From: Octopus sinensis
Taxonomy: Eukaryota
DNA: 64,000 nucleotides
Reading direction: 5' to 3'
Assembly (NCBI RefSeq): GCF_006345805.1
Contig: NC_043006.1
Location: 4,402,001 to 4,466,000 of the forward strand
Below the pieces are notes generated by a model. That model worked only from the letters and a program-made list of their open reading frames with translations. It had not been told where the DNA came from and ran no database searches. Below are positions 1-11,699 of this stretch, piece by piece; the first letter of the stretch is position 1; every line of letters begins with the position of its first letter. Both the position numbers and the translations under genes were made by a program.

Positions 1-14
1 CCTAACCCTAACCC
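1..14. repeat. Short telomere-type repeat (CCCTAA)n, ~2.3 units
   Basis: Window starts cctaaccctaaccc. Too short to prove a chromosome end. Confidence 0.5.
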
Positions 15-1084
15 ACCTGTCGCATCCAACACTTGACTGGTACACATTTACAGCTGAGTAGACTGGATCAACCTTGATCAACGTCCCAAACACCGAGCTT
101 AGTTAAAGAACTGAACCAATCACAGTATTATCGTGCAGAGACATGCTAATCACTGTGTCATATCTTTCACACACACTGAGATACTACAAGTAGAAACTGA
201 TACCAACACATCAAATGCAGCCCAAAGCAATTTTCCCCTCTCATCAACAAGTCACTGGATATTTCCTCATCCACGCTCAAATCATATCCAGGAGTTTTAA
301 CGGTCAAAACATCTCAGCTCAGATTTAATCTATTGGCTGAAGCTAAAGTCACAGAGATGGGAACAGATTGCAGAAAATGATAGAATATCATAAAATGCCT
401 GACAAGAAATTCAATGTTGTCTCTTGAATAAAGTCCAACATCTTTTCACACAAAAACATCTAAAAATCTAAGGATACTGATAGCCATAAAGAATTCTCTT
501 GTTTTCTTTTGATCATGAAGGAAATCGCTTTTGAAGAAGAACCTCACTATAGGAGAAAGTAGATCCCCGTGTATATCTAGGACGGAATTTAAAAGACATG
601 TTTTTTTTTCTTTTTAGAATCAGAAAATATTTCACCCCTCAACAACTCCCACGTTTTGACGCTCAAGTAACCAAAGTAAGACCACTCTGTTTATTAACAT
701 TCCTTCAGTAATATTAACCGTTATGTTTAGTTCTTCATCCTCAGAGCATCGGCTTCTTAAATGTCCTACATGTTCTTGTCTTCTTTACGGTGGGAATTTA
801 TCTGTAACAATTTAAACGAAGCATTCCCATCATCACTGTCACCCATATCACACAACCAGCGAAATTAATGAGCTCTACTCTTTCTTCAAAACGCAGAAAG
901 TAAAAACAAGTGGGATTTGAACTTAAAATACAAAGAGCTAGAAAATTTCCATACGAGACACAGTCCGACATCCCTACACTTTGTCTAGTCCCCGTAAGTT
1001 AAGGACGTCTTCGGCTAGATTTTAAGTCAAATACCGAATGCTAGATTAAATACCACAAGGTGTCATTCAACTCGACGGCCTGTA

Positions 1085-1150
1085 GGTTCGGCCAATTTTT
1101 CAAGGATGAAAGGCAAAGTCGACTCGGCGGAATTTGAAGTCAGAACGATT
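1085..1150 (-). mobile_element. tRNA-derived cephalopod SINE fragment
   Basis: ggatgaaaggcaaagtcgactcggcggaatttgaagtcagaacg is the reverse complement of the SINE core seen at 21126-21320 and 30164-30500. Confidence 0.7.
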
Positions 1151-1853
1151 AATGCAATATAATACAAATCCTTTAATCTGAAATAATACTCAGAAAGAGT
1201 CGAACCCACTCTGTACAATCTAGGGTACATTTCAGTCGAACTGTAACAGAGAGATCAGCTAAATCTTAAGCTTAAAGAATTTTGTAGAATTATAACTAAT
1301 GTGTTTTTATTTCTAAAAAGGTATCGGGTTTATGATATCAACCTAAATTTTACCGATGACGTCTTTAATAAAAATAAGTTTCATAATACCGAACTATTTT
1401 ACATGTTTCATTTACGTAATTTCAGAGTCAGGCAATTTAAGCGGATCTCGTAATCATCTGCAATTTAATTAGTCTAACAGTATCACATTTGATTGTAAAC
1501 GTAATATAGACATGCAATATTTAACTGTCATTCTGTTACTAAATCAGCTAATATCAATATAACTGTAACAATAAACATCTTAAATTTAGGAAATGATGTT
1601 GCGAAATGCGGCACCCTGGGGGCAGCCCAGCAAGCCAATTTGTTTAAAGTGGAAGAAGTAGGCATACCCGGCTGGATTATTTGCGTAATTAGGTTCTTCG
1701 TTGCCAGGTTCACTTCGACTGGTCACATTGCATCTTTACAAATCCACACTGTAATCAGTTCTTCGTTGTCTGAAGAACTCACACCAGCTGTTCACATCGC
1801 TTAACTCACATCACGAAATCTTCACATCACCCAACTCTCATCTCTAACTCTTC

Positions 1854-3100
1854 ATTTCTTTATTACCCACTAGGGGCGACGAAGAGGGGACATAACAAAA
1901 CATGGGGGACATAGAACAATATGATTAAAATTATGAGCAAATGAATTATAAAATGAAAAAATGATAATATGAAAGCGATGCTAACGGCCCCATCCGCCAG
2001 CATCACTTACCTGTCCTTTATCACCCATTTCCCATTACAATTCCAAACTTTTTTACCACACCCTTCGTTTCTCTTTCATACCTCTCTATCATATCATCCT
2101 TCATATACGCTGTCCTCCATTTTATACGCACATCGTTACACTTGGCCGTCAATGAGTCCATAAGTTCAAAATCAAACACCGCGTAACTGCCGTCTTCATG
2201 CTCTTGCCATACATCATCCTGAAAAATCCTTTTTGCGTCCTCGGTGTCCCCCTTCCTCACAACACATAAAAAGTAGGTATCGGGCCTTTGTTTGTTCTGT
2301 GTGTCTGTTTTTGTTTTTCTTGTAGGCGGGGAGTGGGTGGAATCGCTGTTTGCAGGGGCAGGATGGGTCTCCAAGGGTGTGGGTGGTGTTGGGGTGGGTT
2401 GGGGCTTCGCACAGTTTTTCTTTTTCTTTCTTTTTCTCTTCTTTCTGCCTTCTTCCCACTCTTGCTGCATCTCCTCTTCTTCTGTCGTTTCCTTTTCTGT
2501 TTGGTTCTCTTTAGTTTCTTCCTCTTTTGGGGCTTCCGCAACGATTTCCTTTTCTTTTTCCTTTGGTGGGGGAGGGCAGTAGGCTCTTATGTGACCCCTC
2601 TGGCCACACTTGTAGCACCTGGGCGCCCTACTCTCCACCCACACTCTTATAATAATATTCCCAGTTTTTATACTGTCCGTAAGCTTTTCTATAACTTCCG
2701 CCTCCGTCTGTATGTTCATTTCTAGTGTGGCACCTCTCATGCCTTCATATTTCATAATGGCGTGGAGGATGTCCACCTTATCCTCGTTTCCTTTTATTAC
2801 CGCAGCCGTTATAAATTCGCCCTCTAGGTGTGGAGGTATTCCCTCCACCCTAATTCTGGTGGTCTTTCTATTTAAATACGATGGGAACACGTTGATTCTT
2901 TCCGTCCTCACCACCTTGGCTGCTATATTCCTGGCTGCTTTCTCGTTTCTAAATTGTACCGTTATGGTTCCATATTCTAATCCTTTTGTCATGTACACGA
3001 TTTCTTTTCCTGTCTGTTTGAGAGCCTCTTCAATTGCTTCCATATTAATCACTTCCACTTTTCTACCTCCATTCATATATACTTTATATTTAATGGTTCT
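1854..3100 (-). mobile_element. ORF1-only non-LTR retroelement (ORF1 + short 3' UTR + AATAAAGAAAT tail)
   Basis: ORF1 stop at 2021 is followed within ~170 nt by ...gcccctagtgggtaataaagaaat, with no ORF2 in between. Confidence 0.6.
2021..3076 (-). CDS. LINE ORF1/gag-like protein (RRM-like N-terminus, one CCHC zinc knuckle, charged/Pro-rich C-terminus), 351 aa open frame
   Basis: CYKCGQRGHIRAYC knuckle. TRIRVEGIPP and YGTITVQF segments resemble the other ORF1 relics here (45384-46045, 3090-3398). Confidence 0.8.
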   Translation of the reverse strand: MNGGRKVEVINMEAIEEALKQTGKEIVYMTKGLEYGTITVQFRNEKAARNIAAKVVRTERINVFPSYLNRKTTRIRVEGIPPHLEGEFITAAVIKGNEDKVDILHAIMKYEGMRGATLEMNIQTEAEVIEKLTDSIKTGNIIIRVWVESRAPRCYKCGQRGHIRAYCPPPPKEKEKEIVAEAPKEEETKENQTEKETTEEEEMQQEWEEGRKKRKRKKKKNCAKPQPTPTPPTPLETHPAPANSDSTHSPPTRKTKTDTQNKQRPDTYFLCVVRKGDTEDAKRIFQDDVWQEHEDGSYAVFDFELMDSLTAKCNDVRIKWRTAYMKDDMIERYERETKGVVKKFGIVMGNG

Positions 3101-3815
3101 TTTTCACCGCTTCCTCCTCAGATGTCGACGAAATTTCAGAGAAATTTCTCCCTTCCATCTCATCCGTTTGGTAGAGGCGGCTCATAGTCGCCTCAGACCG
3201 AAAAACGGCCTCCCGAACCGAAAAAGTAGATCGTTTACCCTGGTAATTGTGCAGAAGTGCCCCTCCCCCTGATACTATCCTTGTGGCGTATCTTTTTGCC
3301 ACTCCTTCGGAGACAAATGTGACCGCTACTGAACCATATCTTTTTCCTCTTGTAAAATAATAAAAAACTTTACGTTTTCTTTCAGGTCCTTTAGGCATTC
3401 TTCCATCTCCTTCTTCGTTGCGTTCTCAAGTCTCTTATTTTTCTTTTGAAAACGTTCTGTACTCTATTACTTTATTTTCTCTCCCCGCCTTGTCTTCCTC
3501 TGGTGGTGTCAACTTTACGTTTGACCTCTCTCTCTTTACCATATCTTAGTATTTCTGTAGCAATTTTACATCGCAACATATTTCATTTTGTTCTAGCATG
3601 CTTGGGACGACAAAAGCTCTTCCTTTTCGTTAGTCAGTACCACCCACCAAACAATGATGGCGTTACACTCAAAGAACTGCTGCAAAGCAGCATAAAACAA
3701 TCCTCAGCACAAAACAATCCTAAGCACATAGCAACTCTCACAAAAAGCACTCAAACAGCCCTCATCACCGGCTGACAGACACCACGCGTTCCATCACCAA
3801 TTCGAATTGTCCACC
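3100..3815 (-). mobile_element. Degenerate 5' UTR and ORF1 N-terminus of a related L1/Tx1-like element
   Basis: YFTRGKRYGSVAVTFVSEGVAKRYAT parallels YMTKGLEYGTITVQFRNEKAARNIA of the downstream ORF1. Stops and frameshifts upstream. Confidence 0.5.
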
Positions 3816-4309
3816 TCACAGTAAAAACGTACAAAAGAACGCGTAACATGTTTTAAACCAGCCGCATGATCCATGAACATTATTTCTCATTAGAATCAAT
3901 TGTAGATCCATTAGTGGTTGTCTACTGTAAAACTGGAGCACAGCATTTCGATATCGATCAGTAAAACTATATTTATCGGAATATTTCTTCCATTTTATAC
4001 TCTCCTTCATAACAACAATATATGCAACGATTTTTGCAACAGTTTTCATACATTGCCTTCCCTGAATAAAGAGTTTTGCCATAAAGAGTTTTGATGTAAT
4101 AAATTAACATAATCAAAGTTCGGATATTGTAAATTAAAGATTCCTTGAGTCAAAATACACAGAGAAATAATTTACTTGACTTAACGGCAGTTAACATATT
4201 TGCCCTTTTTACTCCAACATAACATTATGGTTTAAAGCTGAGGTATTTAGAACATAACCAACGATAATTTAAAATATTAAATGCGGAAAATATATAGAAA
4301 TGGTCTAAT

Positions 4310-4315
4310 ACTTAC
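4310..4315 (-). promoter_or_regulatory. Splice donor GTAAGT
   Basis: acttac on the + strand, immediately after the LRRNT coding sequence. Confidence 0.8.
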
Positions 4316-4497
4316 AAACTTTCAACATTCGGTGGAATGGGTTGCGGGATCGAAGTCAGTCGCCGAGATGAACAATCTATATTTGTCTTAGAATATCCAC
4401 ATTTGCATATGGTGCAAATGTCTGACGCCGCATGAGACTCCAAACAGAAACTCATATAGAGTATCAACACAAACGTCAATTTCAATTGTCGGCACAT
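4316..4497 (-). CDS. First coding exon of a secreted or membrane leucine-rich-repeat protein (signal peptide + LRRNT cap)
   Basis: MCRQLKLTFVLILYMSFCLESHA hydrophobic leader, then CTICKC...IDCSSRRLTSIPQPIPPNVESL (LRRNT pattern). Ends at a phase-2 GTAAGT donor; preceded by a pyrimidine-tract/CAG acceptor 20 nt before the ATG. Confidence 0.8.
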
Positions 4498-4517
4498 ATT
4501 TTCAGGCGTAGATTTAT

Positions 4518-4540
4518 CTGTAAAAGAAGAAAATACAAAA
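4518..4540 (-). promoter_or_regulatory. Splice acceptor (polypyrimidine tract + CAG)
   Basis: Minus strand reads tattttcttcttttacag|ATAAATC. Confidence 0.75.
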
Positions 4541-4899
4541 TACTAGAAAGTTCAATGCCATTTCTTTCCCATTGCAGATTCTTCGAAGGACAAGCTTTGG
4601 CCCCTGTTCCATGAGATGAATTTATCTTTGATTTTATTTTCAGATTAATATTTAAACTTCCAAGACCGAATTCAATTATAATTCGAAGTGGTGAACATAA
4701 TAGATTATAACTTTAATGAGTGATAATGTCGAAGATAAACAAAACATCGATCGCCCCTGCATACACACGCGCAGACACACAGACACACACTTATACACAT
4801 GTGCGTGTGTGTAATGTTCTTCCTATGTTGTTCTCCTTTCCTTCAGCATTTCCTCTCCCGTCAGACTCCATGGAGATATTGTGGGAAGTTGCTGCAACT

Positions 4900-5710
4900 G
4901 ACCAACTCTCTATAAACAGCCTTCCACGCAGCTTTCTACCCACAATTGAAGAAACTGAAGTGATATGTGTTGATAACACCACAACCCGTTCTATAACAAC
5001 GCCATGAACGGCTGAGGACCCCTACACCTGAACATTGGCAGCGGGAATATTTGTTCCCTGATTCCACGGAAGAGCAAGCTCTTCCCAAATTTCTTGCTTC
5101 CCAAACCAACAACAACAATCTAGATTCTTCTTTCGATCAAATCTCTCCATATTGCACACACTCGTTGCTTGTAGTGGCTGTGGTGGTTGTCATCTTCATC
5201 GTCCGTCGTCTTGGTGGTGCTGGGCGTGAATATCAACGGGGGTAGGGCCTTCAGAATTGCCACGGTTTACACATTGACAGGAGCTGGAAACACAGATTTC
5301 TTCAATCTCGCATTTTATTACTCGTAAGAGATTAGATTAGAATTTGACGGATGGAAGAACTGTGTAGGGCTAGTAGTACATTATGAGAGGATTGTGAACC
5401 CTCGAAAATCTGCTTTAAATCTTCCAGCTGTCTGCAGGATTACCCTCTGTATGGCGGCTTAGGAATGCTCTGGGTGTTGATGCTCAGACACGCGGTGAGA
5501 TTGTGACAGCTGCAACGATTTCTTGACGGTGAACGTGTGTGGACTCTGTGAATCACTTCTCCGTGACTAGGCTGCAGTCCTGGGTGAAGCGAAGCCTGAA
5601 ATTCTCTGCCTGATGCCTAGAATGTCAGACGAGCATGGATTTATTGAGTGTCCGAGCATGATAATGAAGGAAGGGCCAGTAACTGCTGGCATCACTGTAC
5701 GGAATGAGTG
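4900..5710 (+). mobile_element. Compressed relic of L1/Tx1-like ORF2 (APE fragment + C-terminal fragment)
   Basis: VLVVLGVNINGGRAFRIATVYTLTGAGNTDFF (APE-like). LGMLWVLMLRHAVRL*QLQRFLDGERVW matches LGLPWLLICRHTLRLRPLWLYLDGGQVW at 47172-47546. Confidence 0.6.
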
Positions 5711-5719
5711 GAGGATATT

Positions 5720-6720
5720 CCACTTAGACTGACACATGTGAAAACCATTTTAGTGTTGAAGGATGCGTCAAAGGTTAATTCGGTTTCAGACAATCGACCA
5801 ATAACACATTTACCAATCTTGTGGTAACTGGTGACAGAAGTAATAACTGAAGAATTGTAGACATTTTAAAATTATCAAAGATTTTTATCAGACGAGAAGA
5901 AGAGTTTTAAACGCAGGTCAAGTGGGACAAAAGATTAGGTGTTAATAGACAAGATAATATTAAGGAATTGCATAAGAAGCTTAAGGGGACTAAGAGTGGT
6001 CTGCCTAGATTACAAAAAGACCTATGACATGATCCCTTCCAATTGGATAAGGAAATATATGTGGTTATTTTGAGTGGTAGAAAGTGTACAAAGACTGCTA
6101 AAATGAGTTACCGTCTGTAGGAAGGTCATTGGATACAGTGAACATCAGAGGAGGAATATTTCAGGGAGATAATCTATCACCACACTTCTTTGTGTAAATA
6201 CTAATACCTCTGTCGATGGTTTTGAGAAATGGTAAAGCTGGATAAAATTTGGGAAATGGAGTGGAAGTGATTAACTGCCTACAATACATGGACGATTTAT
6301 AGGAAAAATCGAGATGAAATTAGCTCATTTGTGAACACAGTAAGTATTTTCAGTTGTGACATACGCATGGAATTTCGCATGAATAAATGTATTATTTGGT
6401 ATTGAAGAGAGGGAAGATAAAGCAGAGTGAACGACTAGAAATCAAATAATCCACCAAAAGTTTGTCGAATTTTAGAATCAGATACCAACAAAAACAGAGA
6501 AATGAAGGAAACCATTTTGACGGAGCATTTCAGAAGGATCAAGTTGATATTGAAATTTAAGTTGTATTCTAGAAACATTGTAAAATTAAATAAGTGAAGT
6601 AAAAGTTAAAGGGAAAAGGATTTGCACATTCAGTTTATAAAGAACAGAGGCAGAAGACACTTGAAATTGGTTGAAAAGAAGATTTTTCAATAAAGAGACA
6701 GAAGGATTAATAATGGCAGC
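5720..6720 (+). mobile_element. Degenerate RT of R4/Dong-like LINE (family C type)
   Basis: KTILVLKD...DNRPITHLP, DYKKTYDMIP, GGIFQGDNLSP and QYMDDL motifs, with many stops. Confidence 0.75.
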
Positions 6721-6774
6721 TCATGATGATGATGATGATGATGATGATATTGATAATGATAATAATAATAAAAA

Positions 6775-7853
6775 CAAATATAAACAAGAAACCATACCAC
6801 CTAACAAATATGAAATAGAAGAAGAAGAAGAAGAAGAAGAAGAAGAAGAAGAAGAAGAAGAAGAAGAAGAAGAAGAAGAAGAAGAAGAAGAAGAAGAAGA
6901 AGAAGAAGAAGAAGAAGAAGAAGAAGAAAACACAACAAAAGCTATAAAACAAATGAAATCCAAACTAAAACTAGAAGAGCAACGGACCATGATAAAACGA
7001 AGGCAAGAAAACCCCTTCATGGCAAATACTGGACTAAACTAAATTCAAAAGAAATATACAAAGAAAAACCCCAGCAATGGTTGAGAAGTTCAGGACTCAA
7101 AGCAGAGACGGAGGGATTTTTAAATGCAGCACAAGAGCAAAGCCTCCCCACCAGAAATTACCAAAATCATGTAATGAAAAGAAATATTACAAGTAACTGC
7201 AGAATATTTGGTGATGGACAAGAAACAATAAATCATATTATCTCTGGCTGCCCAGTCCTGGCTAAGGAATATATTCACAGACATGACAGAGTTGGAACCT
7301 ACATACATTGGAAGCTATGCCAACATTATGGAATAACAACAGAAAAAAGATGGTATAGGCACACACCAGAAAAGGTCACAGAAAACGACAAAGCAACCAT
7401 ACTCTGGGATACACACAGATATAGAAATTAAGGCCAACAGGCCAGATATATTTGTCAGAGATCATGAAGAAAAAAAATGCTTTCTAATTGATGTATCAAT
7501 ACCAGCAGATGACAACGTGTCTCTAAAAGAAATGGAGAAACTCTCAAAATACAAAGACCTGGAAATAGAGGTAACTTGAATGTGGAATCTAAAAACAGAA
7601 ACAATTCCTATCATAGTGGGTGCATTAGGCAAGATAAAAAAATATTCAGACAAATACATAACAAAAACACCAGGACTTACAAACACATATAACATACAGA
7701 AAATTGCACTACTAGGCACTGCACACATCCTACGCAGAACACTTTCCATACAATAACCATCAGAGCACCATAACAAATCACAACACATACCCAAGGAACA
7801 CAGAGCTGCACTCACTAGTGAAGTGAAAGCCCGCTGTAAAAATAAAACTAGTG
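6775..7853 (+). mobile_element. R4/Dong-like RLE LINE family A, 5'-truncated, with (AAT)n tail
   Basis: LRSSGLKAETEG, zinc-knuckle region (SNCRIFGDGQETINHIISGC), RPDI/IDVSIP endonuclease region. 3' UTR matches other A copies. Confidence 0.9.
6818..6928 (+). repeat. (GAA)n, ~37 units, inside the LINE ORF
   Basis: Pure GAA run where other A copies have GAAGAAGAAGAAGATGATGAAGAA. Confidence 0.95.
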
Positions 7854-7886
7854 AATAATGATAATAATAATAATAATAATAATATA

Positions 7887-7932
<46 letters not shown>

Positions 7933-7935
7933 TAA

Positions 7936-8070
7936 TACAACACCCCCACCCCCAAATATATGGCACACTAGACATAACAACAACATGAACTTCCAACCCT
8001 GTTCTCTCTTGAGGTCTCTGGGTGAGACTTGGAGCCAACTTGTACAAATATAAAGCAAAAGTCAAACATA

Positions 8071-8071
<1 letters not shown>
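7936..8071 (+). mobile_element. Family B LINE 3' UTR-only insertion
   Basis: Near-identical to the 3' UTR at ~11105-11242; flanked by (AAT)n on both sides. Confidence 0.9.
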
Positions 8072-8126
<55 letters not shown>

Positions 8127-8167
8127 TAATAATAATAATAATAATAATATAATATAATAATAATAAT

Positions 8168-9949
8168 TAGAAGAGGAATATTCCAGGGAGACACGCTCTC
8201 TCCACTCCTTTTCTGCTTGGCACTGTCACCTCTATCTGATATGCTAAATAGAACTGGATGCGGATATAAATGTTACGGCAAAACGATCAGCCACCTTTTA
8301 TATATGGATGACCTAAAACTATACGCTGCAAATGAAAAACAGCTGGAAACACTATTAAAGACAGTTCATGGATTTACCAAAGAAATAGATATGAAATTTG
8401 GATTAGAAAAATGCGCCAAAGTAACCATGAAAAGAGGAAAACTAGTTAAGAGTAACATCACACTAGATAAAACCAATGAAATAAAAGAATTAGACCAAAG
8501 CCAAACTTACAAATACTTAGGAATCCATGAACTAGATAAAACACAACACACACAAATGAAAGAGAAAATAAAAAAGAATATTATAGACGAGTTAGATCAA
8601 TACTAAACACAGAGCTCAATGCTAAAAACAAGATAATAGGTATCAACACTTTAGCTGTCCCAGTTATAAGTTACAGCTACAATATCCTTAACTGGACACG
8701 AAATGAACTGACCAAAATAGATAGGAAAACAAGAAAAACAATGACAGGATCTAGGATGCATCACCCAAAATCTGACATAGAAAGACTATATATACAACGT
8801 ATAGAAGGTGGTAGAGGCCTTATACAGCTGGAAAACTACTATAAAATAACCACCATAGGACTGCAAAAATATCTACTTCAGAAGGAAAGAAAACTGATCC
8901 AGATAGCGGCAAAACACGAGCAAAACAAAAAACTGTTCTCAGTATTTAAGGAAGCTGACAAATACAAACAAGAAATCATACCACCTAATAAACATGAAGA
9001 AGAAGAAGATGATGAAGAAACAACAAAAGCTATAAAACAAATGAAATCCAAACTAAAAATAGAACAGCAACGAACCATGATAAAACGATGGCAAGAAAAG
9101 CCCCTTCGTGGTAAATACTGGACTAAACTAAACGCAAAAGAAATAGACAAAGAAAAATCCCAGCAATGGTTGAGAAGCTCAGGACTCAAAGCAGAAACAG
9201 AGGGATTTTTAATTGCAGCACAAGACCAAAGCCTTCCCACCAGAAATTACCAAAATCATGTAATGAAAAGAAATATTACAAGTAACTGCAGAATATGTGG
9301 AGATGGACAAGAAACAATAAATCATATTATCTCTAGCTGCCCAGTCCTGGCTAAGAAGGAATGTATTCACAGACATGACAGAGTTGGAACCTACATACAT
9401 TGGAAGCTATGCCAACATTATGGAATAACAACAGAAAAAAGATGGTATAGGCACACACCAGAAAAGGTCACAGAAAACAAGAAAGCAACCATACTCTGGG
9501 ATATGCCGATACGCACAGATAGAGAAATTAAGGCCAACAGACCAGATATAGTTGTCAGAGATCATGAAGGAAAAAAATGCTTTCTAATTGATGTGTCAAT
9601 ACCGGCTGATGACAACGTGTCTCTAAAAGAAATGGAGAAACTCTCAAAATACAAAGACCTGGAAATAGAGGTAACTAGAATGTGGAATCTGAAAACAGAA
9701 ACAATTCCTATCATAGTAGGTGCATTAGGCATGATAAAAAATATTCAGACAAATACATAACAAAAACACCAGGACTTACAAACACATATAACATACAGAA
9801 AATTGCACTACTAGGCACTGCACACATCCTACGCAGAACACTTTCCATACAATAACCATCAGAGCATCACAACAAATCACAGCACATACCCAAGGCACAC
9901 AGAGCTGCGCTCGGTAGTGAAGTGAAAGCACGCTAAAAAAATAAAACTA

Positions 9950-9952
<3 letters not shown>
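8168..9952 (+). mobile_element. R4/Dong-like RLE LINE family A, 5'-truncated in the RT
   Basis: GIFQGDTLSP, YMDDLKLY, YKYLG, HHPKSD, CRICGDGQETINHIISSC, RPDIVVRDH..LIDVSIP (ORFs 8217-8606, 8741-9760). (AAT)n tail 9953-10026. Confidence 0.95.
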
Positions 9953-10026
<74 letters not shown>

Positions 10027-10028
<2 letters not shown>

Positions 10029-11241
10029 GCCTAGACACCTACCTGAAAAACTCTGAGGACAGGATGTTAAAACTTGTCTCAAAACATGAAAACAAGAAAG
10101 CATCATACTCAGTAACAAAACAGGCAAAGGAATATCTAAGTGAATTCCGAATACAACCAATTTCGGAATTAGAGATAGATATACAAGAAACAAGCACAGA
10201 AAAAGCTAGGCGCATGAAAACCCGTGCCAAAACTGCGGCCTTAGATATTCTGAATAATAAATGGCAAGAAAAACCTCTCTATGGCAAATACCAAAGAGAG
10301 CGAATAATGCAGATATCGATAAAGCCCTGACCCATCAATGGCTAATGGCCTCTGGCTTAAAATCTGAAACAGAGGGGTTTATCATAGCAGCTCAAGATCA
10401 ATGCCTACCAACAAGAAACTACCAGGCCAACATATTAAAGATCAGAAGCAGTCCAACGTGTCGTGTATGCAAGCAACAAAATGAAACCATTGACCATGTG
10501 GTCTCCAAGTGCAGTCTTCTAGCGCCTACAGAGTATCTCAACAGGCACGATAGAGCTGCACAATATATTCACTGGGTAATCTGTAAAAACCTGGATTTGC
10601 CCCATGAAAAAAACTGGTGGGAACACAAACCACCCCCAGTGCTTGAAAATGACCACATCTCACTCCTCTGGAACTTCACCATTCAAACTGACAGGAAGAT
10701 AGATGCAAATAGGCCAGACATCATATTGAAAGACTTCAAACAAAGAACATGCCTCCTCATTGATATCACTGTCCCAATCGATATAAACGTATCTGTCAAG
10801 ACCTACCAAAAACTGAGCAAATGTAAAGATCTTGAAATAGAAATCAGCAAAATGTGGAAGCTGAAGACTAAAACAATACCTGTTGTCATAGGTGCCCTGG
10901 GAATGATAGCAAAAGGGGCTGATAGCTACCTAACTCAGATACCAGGAAACCCAAAAATGTAAGAAGTTCAAAAGATAGTGCTCATGGGAACTGCTCATAT
11001 CCTACGCAAAATACTCTCTATGTAATCTCAAGGTTTAAAACAAACATAATTTTCGGTTTAAAAAAAAAAAATTTAAAAAAAACTTTTTTTTTTAGACATT
11101 CATTAGTACAACATCCCCCCCCCCAAATATATGGCACACTAGGCATAACAACAACATGAACTTCCAACCCTGTTGTCTCTTGAGGTCTCTGGGTGAGACT
11201 TGGAGCCAACTTGTACAAATATAAAGCAAAAGTCAAACATA

Positions 11242-11242
<1 letters not shown>
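10027..11242 (+). mobile_element. R4/Dong-like RLE LINE family B, 5'-truncated
   Basis: WLMASGLKSETEG, CRVCKQQNETIDHVVSKC, RPDIILKDF..LIDITVP. (AAT)n tail 11243-11320. Confidence 0.95.
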
Positions 11243-11320
<78 letters not shown>

Positions 11321-11321
<1 letters not shown>

Positions 11322-11520
11322 TCTTCTACTGGAAACAAAAACTCAGACTTGGTGGAAGGGGTTACATCGGTCCTAGTGCGTAATTGTTAGTTATTTAATC
11401 GACCCCGAAAGGATAAATGGCAAAGTCCACTTTGGTGGAATTTGAACTCAAAACGTTGCAGCAGACGAAATACCGCTAGGCATTTCCCCCCGTTGTGTTA
11501 AGGATTCTGCCAATTCAACG
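11321..11520 (-). mobile_element. tRNA-derived SINE
   Basis: atcgaccccgaaaggataaatggcaaagtc...gaatttgaactcaaaacg...aaataccgctaggcattt is the reverse complement of the SINE at 21126. Confidence 0.85.
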
Positions 11521-11546
11521 ACTTAATAATAATAATAATAATAATA

Positions 11547-11592
<46 letters not shown>

Positions 11593-11603
11593 CAGAGTAA
11601 TAT

Positions 11604-11635
<32 letters not shown>

Positions 11636-11699
11636 GTAGTAGTAGTATTGAGAAGAAGACGAAGAAGAAGGAGAAAAAGAAGACGAAGAAGAAGATTCC

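Noticed and set aside
1854-3100. HeT-A-like telomere-elongating element next to the CCCTAA repeat
   Set aside because: An element added by chromosome-end priming would be sense on + with its 5' end distal. This ORF is on - and 1.8 kb from a repeat of only two units.
3816-4082. 88-aa ORF as next exon or TIR domain of the LRR gene
   Set aside because: The nearest acceptor (ctttattcag) in the required phase gives an immediate stop, and there are no LRR/TIR motifs.
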